Numbered from the whole stretch's first letter, positions 29,701 to 39,187 are shown. The stretch is DNA of 62,533 nt, filler included, from Bacteriovoracaceae bacterium (GCA_018649885.1; 5 parts of 5 records of this genome joined end to end with filler, not necessarily neighbours in it); one strand, 5' to 3'. Notes: generated from the sequence alone by a model not told the origin. Program-made: numbers and translations.

Positions 29701-31409
29701 TTACTAAGTATGCTGAAGTGAGAGACAGGTACAATTCACTACTACTTGCCGCTAAGGAAAAAGGTAAGACACAAGGAAAAACTCAAGGTGAATCTAAAGG
29801 TGGCTTTGATGGTGACATCGAAGGTAGAAAAAAAGGTATCATTGCCGGAGTTGACTTTGGTACTAAAGAGGCCTTACTTGCCGGCTTTGTTAAAGGACTT
29901 GAAGATGGTCTATCAGTAGGTAAAGACGAAGGCTATGAAAACGGCAGACACATTGTTGTCAAAAATTATGACGACGGAAAAGATGCCGGTGAGGCCAAGG
30001 GAATTGAAAATGCTGAAACAAAAGCATTAAATGAAGATTTCCCACAAGGTAAGAGCAAGAGAAAATCAGATATTTTAGCAGTACTACCAGCTAAAAAAGT
30101 TGAAATTGATAACAACTCAAGCTTTCTTCAATCAGGATTTGAAGCAGAGTCAAACATTACTGACATCATTACTGATTCAGTGACTGATTCCTTTTCATCT
30201 ATCAATCACGAAGGGATGCAATCAATGGATCCTGAAAAGGCAATGCAAGAGAAGATTGATAAACTGATAGCGAGAAAAGCTACCGTGTTTAGTGCCTATG
30301 AAAGATCTGTTGATGGAGCTGGTAGAGGACTCACTATCCCAGTTACTCCTGATGCATCGAAAGCAGATTGTGTACTTGGGTATATTGACTTTGTGACTGC
30401 ATGTGAAGAGTCTTACAAGTCAAAGTACACAAGTTCATACAAAGCGGCTTACGCTACTGAATACAGAGCTGGCTATATTGAAGACATCCGCATCAAGCGT
30501 GGTGATGCCTACGATGCTCATAAGGCAGATCGTGAAGATGAAGGTTACAAGGAATCATATCCTGTTAACTTTGCTAAGTACGATGCCATTGGTGCTTCTG
30601 ATGCGAAAGCTAAAGGTTATGAAGACGGCCTTAAGATTGGTTTTGATGATAGATACCCAGTAATTAAAGATGAGGAATTTAAAAAAGGGGAGATTGCAAC
30701 TCAAGCCTACTTTGACACTCACGCTTACGTTCAATTCAAAGGGGCCAAGTTAGTCTCTAAAGATGATACGTATATTCCTGGCTCAGAAGTTAGTTTAACC
30801 ACAAGTTTTGCCAACTACGGTGGAATCTCAAGTGTTAAGGGAGCAGTTAAGGTTTCTGTACAGGCCTTAACACCAAATATTACTTTTGATTCTCCAGGTA
30901 ATGTTTTAGTCGCTGCTATCCCAGCAACCTCTCAGGCCACAGTGAAAAATGTTGTGACTGGAAAGATCGCTGGCTCAGTTAAAAAAGGTGACGTCATTAA
31001 ATTTAAAGTTAAGGTGCTACTACCAAGTGGTGACACAGAGGAAAGTGTTGTAACTGTTATGGCCTCAGGTCATATTATGACTGACCTTGATCTGACATTT
31101 AACAAGACTTTCAAAAGAAAGAAGAAACAAAAAGTTCAAGTAAGAGTTTTCAATACTAGTAGAACAGTTCTTAATAGAGGTTTTAAAGTGACTCTAACTT
31201 CAAACTACGACTCAGGCGAAAGAGTTAAGTACGAAGAGTCTATGGAGACTACTGGAGTACTTAGAAAAGGCCAAGCTGAAGTTATTGAGTTTGAGTACAA
31301 AATCAAAGACAAAAAGCTGGCCGGTAAGAGAATTACTTTTACTGTGACAGTTAGCTACCCTGGAGAAGGGACTGTGTCTCAGAAAACTTTTGTTGTAGAG
31401 CCTATTTAA
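26706..31409 (+). CDS. Very large secreted coiled-coil protein with GxxxG repeats and C-terminal Ig-like beta domains
   Basis: AAAGGA RBS, signal peptide, ~1000 aa of heptad-like sequence, GKTQGKTQGESKG repeats, beta-rich C-terminus. Confidence 0.85.
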   Translation: MHAITLILSFALVVQSATAAIPDNINVSKYQTIYSDAKKVSDTARNDAEELKDTARAIDQEITALEEEITKSKQTISDHNTEISNLTRQIPVLESEVRSLEQEVDVNESELTSKRGEYRSLSDEIARLQRELGVARARYDEVERRLSDARSQLSDVESRGSAQRQYVADLERELADLDARILQIREKNHRAKEKLDAFTLERADLAVQVSRLEAAVRDLRSQKQRKKRGLDQKKTELAALKSSKASAKTALETQVRKVDRKSAELAAVKKEVRSLKATYQALKTQKGTLAADVTRLKGENSTLNTQISSLTSEVSSLQTQITSAKTSIAATKRKIAPLKTQKADLSTKLSAKKAKLAALKKNPASHPQVKAKVSGLQTKIAALERQISGVDAKISPLKRTLKTKEGALQTTARSLLSKQTALTSAKAKKTDIERNLPAWKRSLTTKRGEKKTLDSEISTLSSSLTTKKTEQRTASRQLRTAQTRIKPLRQQKRPLVQKKTQVARQLKRLKAKVNPTPAEKQKIAALERQLAGLNTKIDALNAKIRPLKAQIDTATAKIASLKTEIAAITTKVAAKKRKLTALNTQIASLASKVSTASQDVSRLKTQITSLTREVAALKTKKSSLEREIASAKSRLAPLKTERSGYVTKRDDKKILLDAILRNPSQVPEYKAAVAALEREIGSLSTSLASVKRQLSPLQTKLDRQKSNKSTLESTLATKQRSLSAKQTKLASNKTQLRSAKTKLQSIDGKITVAKRNLDAKVRQRDTLSTQLASLESTLPTLRETLRVAKARHAAKATAVTAAQTAFDLIAGNLRRKSDKLTEKSDRLTFIDTRIPEIERKIQERRRRKRTLRVERDRADDTLSRAYRVLEDIRAEREAVIARIDGLESDLGYQRGVVDSLAYNIQANEDKKSLVVDRIAQLEDYLEQLRGEITHKREIIKYNREQIVFLGEEIARLEEVIDDNESRLPSLRSDSIAAWDDYDAQDTYAKSLEADTAAKFTKYAEVRDRYNSLLLAAKEKGKTQGKTQGESKGGFDGDIEGRKKGIIAGVDFGTKEALLAGFVKGLEDGLSVGKDEGYENGRHIVVKNYDDGKDAGEAKGIENAETKALNEDFPQGKSKRKSDILAVLPAKKVEIDNNSSFLQSGFEAESNITDIITDSVTDSFSSINHEGMQSMDPEKAMQEKIDKLIARKATVFSAYERSVDGAGRGLTIPVTPDASKADCVLGYIDFVTACEESYKSKYTSSYKAAYATEYRAGYIEDIRIKRGDAYDAHKADREDEGYKESYPVNFAKYDAIGASDAKAKGYEDGLKIGFDDRYPVIKDEEFKKGEIATQAYFDTHAYVQFKGAKLVSKDDTYIPGSEVSLTTSFANYGGISSVKGAVKVSVQALTPNITFDSPGNVLVAAIPATSQATVKNVVTGKIAGSVKKGDVIKFKVKVLLPSGDTEESVVTVMASGHIMTDLDLTFNKTFKRKKKQKVQVRVFNTSRTVLNRGFKVTLTSNYDSGERVKYEESMETTGVLRKGQAEVIEFEYKIKDKKLAGKRITFTVTVSYPGEGTVSQKTFVVEPI

Positions 31410-31433
31410 GTAGTAAAATACTATCAAATAAAT

Positions 31434-31461
31434 AAAGGGAAGCACCGTGCTTCCCTTTTTT
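31434..31461 (+). terminator. Intrinsic terminator
   Basis: aaagggaagcac-c-gtgcttccctttttt. Confidence 0.85.
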
Positions 31462-31480
31462 ATGCATATGAGTTTATGTG

Positions 31481-31966
31481 ATGACAAAATATCAAAAACT
31501 TTTTGGTGCAGGTCCCAGAGGACTATTTTTGAGCGGGCTGATCTTATTAATTCTCATATGGAAAAAAGAGACAGTCTCAATTGGCCCCATTTTGGAAACC
31601 TATAGTGTGGGCCTTAGTATCTTTTGTATTCTCACATTGGTGACTTTTTTAATTATTGCCTGGAGCCTAAAATCTCTTCCTCCAAACTTTAGAGGGGAAA
31701 GACTAGTTCAAGACCAGGCCTTCAAATTTTTTAGACATCCTCTGTACGGTGCATTTTTATCATTTTTTAATTTTGGGCTAGCAGTCTTATTAAATGACTA
31801 TATTTTTATGTTGTGGGCGGTCTTACTGCATCCTCTGTGGCATTGGAATATAATGTATGAAGAACAGTTAATGAAATCAAAGTTTAGAGATGAATATAGT
31901 GCATACGCAAAGGCAGTTTCTAGATTTTTTCCTTTCAAATTTTTTATAGGAGTATTTCGCAGATAG
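31481..31966 (+). CDS. Isoprenylcysteine carboxyl methyltransferase / PEMT family membrane protein
   Basis: FRHPLYG and EEQLMKSKFRDEYSAY...RFFP motifs. Confidence 0.88.
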   Translation: MTKYQKLFGAGPRGLFLSGLILLILIWKKETVSIGPILETYSVGLSIFCILTLVTFLIIAWSLKSLPPNFRGERLVQDQAFKFFRHPLYGAFLSFFNFGLAVLLNDYIFMLWAVLLHPLWHWNIMYEEQLMKSKFRDEYSAYAKAVSRFFPFKFFIGVFRR

Positions 31967-31982
31967 TGTTTCGCCGATTAGT

Positions 31983-33032
31983 TTAAACTAGGTGATCTAA
32001 TATTGTTTGTGTCGCATCGATGGCATCGGTAGCCACTCTTTTCTTCTTTTCAATCTCACTACAGGTTTCCAGTATATTTACGCTGGGGAGTTGGTCTTCC
32101 TCGATTATGATTGAGCCCAACTTTTCTTTTGCTTCACAGGCATTGTGAAATTGTTCATTTTTTTGGGCGATTTTGAGAGGAATGAAAATAGAGGGGATTC
32201 CAAGTGCAATGAGCTCACTGACAGTTCCGGCTCCAGACCTGGATATGACCACAGCTGATTTCTTGTAAAGATCAATGATTTCATCGCCGAGTAATTCTAC
32301 AGGGATGTAATTTTCATTTTGAAGACTTTTAAATTGTTCAATATGGTTTTTGCCAACTTGGTGAATGATAAAGTAGCGCTCACTAAGTTTAGCTAAATTG
32401 GATAAGATTAAATCATTGATTAATTTAGAGCCGTTTCCTCCGCCAGTTACAAATAATAGAGGTTTGTCCAAGCTAGCTAAATTAACGCCGCCTATGAGTA
32501 CATCTTTAATTTTTGAATTTAAAATACCGGCCCGAAGTGGGTATCCAGCAAAGATCACTTTTTCTAGAGGAAAGAAATCTTTGGAGGCCTCAAAGCTTAT
32601 GAAGATGATATCTGCAAAATAGGAGGCAATTTTATTTGCCAGCCCTACCCGGGAAGTCTGCTCATGGATGAAAACTTTCTTTCCAGTTAGTTTGGCCGCG
32701 ATAACTACGGGGACTGAAACAAAGCCACCTGTTGAAAAGACAACCGTTTCACGAGGCGAAAATTTGAGCATATAAAATAGTGATTGAAAGAGACCGAGTC
32801 CAATTTTAAAGAGGTCTAGGATATTGTCTAGAGATAGATAGCGCCTGAGCTTTCCGGTGCTAACGGCCTTGTATTCAATGCCCTCGCTTCTAATGACACG
32901 ACTTTCAATACCATTATGGCTGCCCACGTAGTGAAGCTCCATTTGCTGGTTTTCTTTGAGGCGATGAATAATTGCAAGAGCTGGGTAGAGGTGACCACCG
33001 CTTCCCCCGCCTGTGAAAATAATATTTTTCAT
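31983..33032 (-). CDS. murG: MurG-like lipid II GlcNAc transferase
   Basis: TGGGSGGH, TGGFVSVP, HEQ, GGGNG and SRSGAGT motifs; it lies outside a dcw cluster. Confidence 0.88.
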   Translation of the reverse strand: MKNIIFTGGGSGGHLYPALAIIHRLKENQQMELHYVGSHNGIESRVIRSEGIEYKAVSTGKLRRYLSLDNILDLFKIGLGLFQSLFYMLKFSPRETVVFSTGGFVSVPVVIAAKLTGKKVFIHEQTSRVGLANKIASYFADIIFISFEASKDFFPLEKVIFAGYPLRAGILNSKIKDVLIGGVNLASLDKPLLFVTGGGNGSKLINDLILSNLAKLSERYFIIHQVGKNHIEQFKSLQNENYIPVELLGDEIIDLYKKSAVVISRSGAGTVSELIALGIPSIFIPLKIAQKNEQFHNACEAKEKLGSIIIEEDQLPSVNILETCSEIEKKKRVATDAIDATQTILDHLV

Positions 33033-33114
33033 TGGTTTATGTTATCACCGTCAGTACAATAGGGCCTACGACTTTTGCGTGTGCTATGCAGCACCCGCTG
33101 CCAATCTAAGGACT

Positions 33115-33462
33115 ATGATGAGCTATACCCTATATGGAATTCCCAATTGCGATACTGTTAAAAAGGCCAAAAAATTTCTAGACGCTCAGGGAGTCGATTA
33201 CCAATTTGTGGATTTCAAAAAATCAGCACCAGTTGCTTCAAATATTAAAAAATGGGCCGCTTTCTACGGTGAGATTCCTGTTAATAAAAGAGGAACTACT
33301 TTTAGGAAAATTAAAGAGGGTTTTGAAAGTAGCAGTGAGGCCAAGCAAATTAAGCTTATGCTCGACAATCCCTCAAGCATTAAAAGGCCTATTTTAGAAA
33401 AGGGCACAAAAGTTTTATCTGTTGGTTTTAATGATCAAAGTTGGAATGAGATTTTCAAGTAG
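33115..33462 (+). CDS. ArsC/Spx (YffB-like) family protein
   Basis: LYGIPNCDTVKKA, NKRGTT and IKRPIL motifs. Confidence 0.9.
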   Translation: MMSYTLYGIPNCDTVKKAKKFLDAQGVDYQFVDFKKSAPVASNIKKWAAFYGEIPVNKRGTTFRKIKEGFESSSEAKQIKLMLDNPSSIKRPILEKGTKVLSVGFNDQSWNEIFK

Positions 33463-33789
33463 AATATAAGTTTCTCATGTGTCTTTTGCCCTAGCTCAAA
33501 GAATAGAAAAACCAAACCAAACACAGTCTGTAATAGCTGAGACAATATAGCCGAGAATACTATAAATTCTCCAAGAATGTTGCGAAACAAAGGTTGATGC
33601 CTTCTGTAGTTTTGCGAATTATATCGCATTTGGTTGTAGTCTAAAAAAATATGGAAGTTTTCTGGAATAAGTTGTGAGGCCATGCTGTTCACGGCGCTGG
33701 AAAAACTTGTGACCTATTAGAGTTTGGAGAGCACCTTTTATCAAAGTCGAGTTTTTCTGGTAATGGGTATCCTGTATTGATGTCTTGCT

Positions 33790-34653
33790 CTAGCTCTGAT
33801 TTATATATAAATCCATCTTTGTCTGAGAAAGTGCCACAATTGCAGCTCTTGCATTACAATTTGAGCATAACTGGCGCACATTCCCAATCGTCGATGTTTT
33901 AGAGATACTATAGGGGATGATGTGATCAAAGTGGAGATTGTATTTTGAACCGCAATTTTCGCATTTGTTACCTGATCTTGCGATCACTGCTTTTTTGATA
34001 GCAGCTGAGATGGTTCTAGGGTTTATGATTACTTTAGATTTTCTTGATCCAATGCCTGTAATCTTTTTTCTCATAGACTCTGCCGTAGAGTTAATGACAT
34101 GTCCGATGACATCCTCTGGTTTATAGATTCCATTGTTAGATAACTGCTCTTTAATAAACTCATAGTCTTTTGCAGTTTGTCCCACCAAGGTAAGATGAAT
34201 ACGCAGGCTTCCATCTGAATGGGAGCAAGTTTTAGACCGTGTGGTTCGCTTCTTTCCAGTCAACTCGTCTACCAACTCTCTAGCTTGAGTTTTCCCCTTA
34301 ATACTATTTAGTATTTCATTTTTCTTTTTACTGCTTTTAATATTTCCCACTAAAGCTGAGACTTCTGCTAGGTTTGTCAGTGTTACTTGTTTATTTGCTA
34401 GAGCTTTATCTGCACTAGGGACATGCCTTAGAGTTTTTGCGGCTAAAACCCTCCTGCTTGTTTCACTGTCACTTTTATTGAAATTTTTGCGGATATATTT
34501 AAATAGTGAATCCGTCTTGTCATCACAAAAAAGCCTTCTTCTATTGACTTCATTAATGTGCCTTAAAAACTGGCGAGTGCAATGCTCTTCTTTTTCATTC
34601 CACATTTTAGTATCTGCAATTAGTTTTTGATCTGATAAATTTCGTAGTGACAA
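33790..34653 (-). CDS. HNH endonuclease with DUF222-like helical N-terminus
   Basis: C-terminal CENCG...HFDHIIP...LCSNCN; GGAGG before TTG at 34653. Confidence 0.8.
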   Translation of the reverse strand: MSLRNLSDQKLIADTKMWNEKEEHCTRQFLRHINEVNRRRLFCDDKTDSLFKYIRKNFNKSDSETSRRVLAAKTLRHVPSADKALANKQVTLTNLAEVSALVGNIKSSKKKNEILNSIKGKTQARELVDELTGKKRTTRSKTCSHSDGSLRIHLTLVGQTAKDYEFIKEQLSNNGIYKPEDVIGHVINSTAESMRKKITGIGSRKSKVIINPRTISAAIKKAVIARSGNKCENCGSKYNLHFDHIIPYSISKTSTIGNVRQLCSNCNARAAIVALSQTKMDLYINQS

Positions 34654-34954
34654 AGCTACCTCCCGAGACAAGTAACATACCATCTTGATCACGTTTATTA
34701 AATGAAAAGATAAAAAGTTGTTCAATATGAAAATGACGAAAGTTAATCTAGTAAGCGCTTTTTAGCACATGCCTTAGCGAAAGCAAGTTAGAAAACTCAA
34801 CAATTAAAAATCGCAAGGTCTCTCCATAAAACTGAAAAAAGCACAAAGATTATAAAAAAACTTTGTTTCCAGCCCTTTCATGGGTGTTCTCTTAGTCTGG
34901 TTTCCTGGAACTTGATGAACTTTCAGTGAGTTAAAACTATTAGAATTATGAATA

Positions 34955-35989
34955 TTATCTGAACAAATGATATCCTATCCCGATTGGATTTCCTTCAGCG
35001 TCTTCAAATCTATCCCAATTTTTATCAGAAGTACTGCCAGAAATTGATATATCACCAATATTAATCGACCTGCATTTTAGCTCACGAGAGTTTTCATTTT
35101 TTGATCTTCGTACTCTTTTATTTTTATCTCTTATTCCTTTTGGGTAAAAAAGACATCCACTTGGATTTAAGCCTGTATCAAGAATAATTTTTCTATCATT
35201 CATTTTTTCATTTTGCTCTATAGAAACATCGAGGATTGCAGATTGAGTTGTATATCCAATTTCTGAGATTTCATCAAAGACACCAATTAGTTGTCCTCCC
35301 ATGACAATTCTTAGGGAAGGGGCCAGTTCATTAACTGAGTTTTTAAAAACTTTTCTAGTAACAGAAATTGAATAGGCTTTCTTTTTCACACCACTCTCGA
35401 TGTTAGACTTTTGAATCGAATTACTATTTAAAATCAACTGGCTTGCCTTTAGTGATTTTTTAAGACCTCTATATGCATCTATCCTTTTATCAAAAACAAA
35501 AGTAACAGGCCCATTTTTATTATTCACATTTAATTGATCTAATATTTTTTTTGAATGACATCCGATAATACTTAGCCATTTAAGATTGGGATGATAATTT
35601 TGCAGTATCGGTGCAACATCAAAAAGGTCATAATCTAAGAGTCTCGAAGGCATTGAAACCCCGATAGTTTCATTAGAAGTATCTTTGCTTGAATGGCTAA
35701 GCCAAAATACTCCCTCAACTGATTCATCCTCTAGTGTATGATAAAGATTATATTGATTTGCATTATGAATTACTTCTATTTGATAGTTACTCTTCTCAAA
35801 ATGACCTCTGAATTTTTTTTCAATTCTATCTATGTAATTTATGTAAAGGTTATTTAGATAAAATACTGGGGCCTTCTCTGGAATGAATAATGAAGTCAGC
35901 AAGACTACTTTTGTCCTTTGAGCATATGCAGAAAAACTGAACGACATTATTATGAAGAGTAGGTTAAGGATTTTCATTTTAATATCCAT
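34955..35989 (-). CDS. Secreted hypothetical protein
   Basis: Signal peptide; WLSHS and IIGCHS motifs loosely resemble a caspase/CHAT-like His-Cys pair. Confidence 0.7.
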   Translation of the reverse strand: MDIKMKILNLLFIIMSFSFSAYAQRTKVVLLTSLFIPEKAPVFYLNNLYINYIDRIEKKFRGHFEKSNYQIEVIHNANQYNLYHTLEDESVEGVFWLSHSSKDTSNETIGVSMPSRLLDYDLFDVAPILQNYHPNLKWLSIIGCHSKKILDQLNVNNKNGPVTFVFDKRIDAYRGLKKSLKASQLILNSNSIQKSNIESGVKKKAYSISVTRKVFKNSVNELAPSLRIVMGGQLIGVFDEISEIGYTTQSAILDVSIEQNEKMNDRKIILDTGLNPSGCLFYPKGIRDKNKRVRRSKNENSRELKCRSINIGDISISGSTSDKNWDRFEDAEGNPIGIGYHLFR

Positions 35990-36021
35990 AAGAAAAAATA
36001 ATTAAATTCAATGCGATTTTT

Positions 36022-36579
36022 TTATAAAGTATTATCCTCTAGGGATTGAGCTAATTTATTTGATATCTTTGAGGCGACTAAAAGGGTTTGAGGAGAGAGC
36101 ATCTCTTCATAGCTTTTCCAAAATTCGTTAATTTTCTTTAAGGTTGGGTTTTTAAGCTCGTTTGATTTTTTAGTAACCGTTTGCTTAATGGCATTCAATT
36201 CAAAGATTTCACTGTTAAATACCTTTGCATCATCAATAGATACATCAAGCAATGCTGCCTCTTCTGCCGTTTCAATTCTAGAAAACTCTATTTCTGATAC
36301 ATTTTCATCTAATATTAAAATTCCAATTAAGGTACCAAAGACGGTTAGAATAGACGTTCCATTGCATAAACACTCCTCTCCTGTTGTAAGGTCTAATGTC
36401 GCTCCTACTGCGAAACCTGTCGCTGGAGCTGAAAGGGCCGCAATTATTATTGGTGTTGAGATTGTGCCACCGGTAGCAATACCTGCAACCAATGCTTGAG
36501 CATTATTTGAATAAAAGCATGGAACCAAAGTTACTACTATTAATAATTTGATGATGAATGATTTAATTATAGAACTCAT
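36022..36579 (-). CDS. Secreted/membrane hypothetical protein
   Basis: Signal peptide, Gly/Ala hydrophobic hairpin, acidic C-terminus; co-oriented with 34955-35989. Confidence 0.75.
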   Translation of the reverse strand: MSSIIKSFIIKLLIVVTLVPCFYSNNAQALVAGIATGGTISTPIIIAALSAPATGFAVGATLDLTTGEECLCNGTSILTVFGTLIGILILDENVSEIEFSRIETAEEAALLDVSIDDAKVFNSEIFELNAIKQTVTKKSNELKNPTLKKINEFWKSYEEMLSPQTLLVASKISNKLAQSLEDNTL

Positions 36580-36826
36580 ATTTCCCCCTTATTTTTTTTT
36601 GGCGTGGATGCAGACTATCATGATATTCGGCAGCATTTAAAGGGAGGGACAAAAAAATGATCACCTTTTTATAACCGTGAAAAAAATTCAGCGCGAATAT
36701 CAACTTTAAGGGAGCTCCGAAATAACTAGAAATCGATAAAATGATTACTCATGAAGGTCAGCAATTATAGGCTTGCCTTTTTTATTTCTGTTGATTCAAA
36801 ACCTTTGTATTAAATAACGATCTTTC

Positions 36827-36879
36827 CTGAGCAACTTTGCTTCAAGTAAGACTGAGCAACTTTGCTCCGAGTAAGACTG
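36827..36879 (+). repeat. 25-bp tandem repeat x2
   Basis: tgagcaactttgcttcaagtaagac / tgagcaactttgctccgagtaagac. Confidence 0.85.
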
Positions 36880-36900
36880 GGTATACATTCAAAACATCCT

Positions 36901-36940
36901 ACTAGATTGAAAAATCTTGTATGTAAGATCGGTTTCTAGC
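36901..36940. repeat. Hairpin repeat family C, copy 2
   Basis: 18-bp exact match tcttgtatgtaagatcgg (36915-36932) to 24552-24569. Confidence 0.7.
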
Positions 36941-37166
36941 GTTTACACCATGATATTGTTGGATTTTAGATTGTCATTTGAAATCTATTAAAAGTCTATT
37001 GAAGTAAGCTCGGAAAAAATTATATATGAGCATAATTTTTTGATTGCTGTTTAATGTTTAGACACTACAGGTAGTAATTTCAAAGATAGGTTGTTGATAT
37101 TAGTGATAGGGCACTTGGCACTCTATTTGTATTATAAAAGGGTAAAAATGAGATCAGGAGAGAGAA

Positions 37167-37610
37167 ATGAAGATGAAATTAATAGTTTTGGGGTTGTCCT
37201 TTGCATCACTTTCAGCTTTTGCAAACGCTAAAATCCCTTTCTGTAGTGAAGGCTACGTTGAGGCCCGAGCTCAATTGGGAAAATCAGTACTAAAAATGAT
37301 AAAAGATAAAGACAAGCTTACCAGCGAGAAATTTAATCTGCAGATGATGGGATTAGATAATCAAGTAGGATCTTTTAGATCACTATACGGCGATATCAAC
37401 TGCCAAGTTGAAGGAAAGGCTTATCACAACAGAAAATTTTTAGGAAAAATATATGCTTTGATGTCCACAAGGGATCTTCTTATTTTTAAAGAGGCCAGTG
37501 AAGGATTTGAGTTTAAAAGTGTTTACTTAAGAGAGAACTCACAGAGATCTCCAGCAAATAGACTAAGGGAAAACTATAGGTTACCTGGCGGTATTAAAGG
37601 AAGAAGTTAG
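37167..37610 (+). CDS. Secreted hypothetical protein
   Basis: AGGAG RBS, signal peptide, RSPAN motif. Confidence 0.75.
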   Translation: MKMKLIVLGLSFASLSAFANAKIPFCSEGYVEARAQLGKSVLKMIKDKDKLTSEKFNLQMMGLDNQVGSFRSLYGDINCQVEGKAYHNRKFLGKIYALMSTRDLLIFKEASEGFEFKSVYLRENSQRSPANRLRENYRLPGGIKGRS

Positions 37611-37826
37611 AGTACTTCTTCCGTAAAATTTAATCGGGTGTTGTGTTGTAAAGCCGCCTTTTCATGAGGTCTGGTACCCTATTAGATTGTTTGAGAGAGT
37701 TTGAATTGTGGGAATTTGAATAATCTTTGAACACGCCCTATACAAATTACTAAAGTTGAAAAAATGACAGAATCTCATGTCAAAAAAAGATAAAATAGAA
37801 GTTAAAAGAAAGAGGAATTTGTTTAC

Positions 37827-38600
37827 ATGACTAAGTGCCAACACATTGCTGCCATTACTATTTTGATGGCCATTCCATTTGCCTTGTTGGCCGATACCGA
37901 CAGGTATTACTCTGATACGACTCATGTAAGATCTGAGATAAAAGAAATAGAGAAGGGCTGTTTTATGGATGGTGATGCAATTATTGCTTTCGATCCTATT
38001 GCAGAGAATTTAATTTTAAGCCCTGAGGTTTATGGAAAAGACGCTACCATTATCGATTCCACCGAGTATGGATCGAGTCCTCACCATGCCAGATATGAGG
38101 TCTCAATTCCTGGTGTAAAGGATCACAAAATTGCTGTAGTAAGAAGGTTTGCCGATACTTTTAAAATTACTTTTGACAAGCCTGGTAGCAAGAAGGGTCA
38201 TACCACCTACAAAACAAGATCATTTCACAGGCCCAAATTAATATCTTCATTTGAATTTGAAAGAGATGAAGATCTTGAAATTAAAACGGTAAGTAAGAGA
38301 AGATATCGGTCTGCATTTACAAAGAAGGGTAAAAAAGTAAGAAAATTGAGTGCTTTTGTAACAAAAGTGAAAAGGCCAAGAAGAGGTCATCTTAAAAAAA
38401 GAAGAATCAAAGACAGAGCTCTTAGAGTTATTTCCATCATAAATGACAGAGGAAATATTAGATGGAAAGTTCCTTTTTACCATAAAGGGAAGAAATTAGA
38501 TCTATCAATGGATATGAGAAAATATGGAAAATGTCTTAATCGTGCAGCAGGAATGCAGTTTTCAAAGAAAAAGCATCAGTTCTTATCTTTTAACGACTAA
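37827..38600 (+). CDS. Secreted basic hypothetical protein
   Basis: Signal peptide; K/R-rich C-terminal half. Confidence 0.75.
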   Translation: MTKCQHIAAITILMAIPFALLADTDRYYSDTTHVRSEIKEIEKGCFMDGDAIIAFDPIAENLILSPEVYGKDATIIDSTEYGSSPHHARYEVSIPGVKDHKIAVVRRFADTFKITFDKPGSKKGHTTYKTRSFHRPKLISSFEFERDEDLEIKTVSKRRYRSAFTKKGKKVRKLSAFVTKVKRPRRGHLKKRRIKDRALRVISIINDRGNIRWKVPFYHKGKKLDLSMDMRKYGKCLNRAAGMQFSKKKHQFLSFND

Positions 38601-38678
38601 ATTAGTCTTTTTATTCATTAACACTTCATCATTGCTCCACCCAATTTAATAGACCCTAATTTGTCCATTTGATAAGAT

Positions 38679-39047
38679 GTGAAGATGAATATTCTAGTTA
38701 TAGATGATGAACAGCAAATCCGTGAGATTCTATCTGACACTATAAAGTCAGAGTTCGATTGTGAGGTGGCCCAAGCAGCTGATGGACTGGATGCCTTTTT
38801 AATGTGCCGAGAACAAAAATTTGACCTCATTATCACTGACTTTAAAATGCCTATTATGAACGGTAAATCATTTTATCTCTCATTAAAAACAAAAGAAAAC
38901 CTTAACGAGCATTCCAAGATAATTTTTTGCACAGCTTTTATAAGCGAGTTTAAAGGTGCAATAACTGATTTTGAAGATGTCACCTTTTTTGAAAAGCCCT
39001 TTAAGATGGGGGATTTAATGGATAAGATAAAAGAAGTTCTTAAATAA
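38679..39047 (+). CDS. Single-domain response regulator (CheY-like)
   Basis: ILVIDDE, DLIITDFKMP, CTA and EKPF motifs. Confidence 0.92.
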   Translation: MKMNILVIDDEQQIREILSDTIKSEFDCEVAQAADGLDAFLMCREQKFDLIITDFKMPIMNGKSFYLSLKTKENLNEHSKIIFCTAFISEFKGAITDFEDVTFFEKPFKMGDLMDKIKEVLK

Positions 39048-39139
39048 AATCTATTTACTTAGAAACTGCACAAAAATTGATCACATCCAAAAAATTTACA
39101 TACCCCGATGTCTAACTCTTTAAAATCGGGAAAGTACAT

Positions 39140-39155
39140 TGGCCTTTGCTTTGCA
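39140..39155 (+). promoter_or_regulatory. Putative sigma-54 -24/-12 promoter
   Basis: TGGCCT-TTGCT-TTGCA, about 30 bp upstream of ATG 39188. Confidence 0.5.
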
Positions 39156-39187
39156 ATTCTATCCTTAAGACAACAAAGAGAGAGAAT

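Noticed and set aside
26625..31409. SMC/chromosome segregation or phage tape-measure protein
   Set aside because: It has a signal peptide, no Walker A/B or hinge motifs, and no phage genes nearby.
33790..34725. IscB/Cas9-like RNA-guided nuclease
   Set aside because: No RuvC motifs or PLMP N-terminus seen; only a C-terminal HNH.
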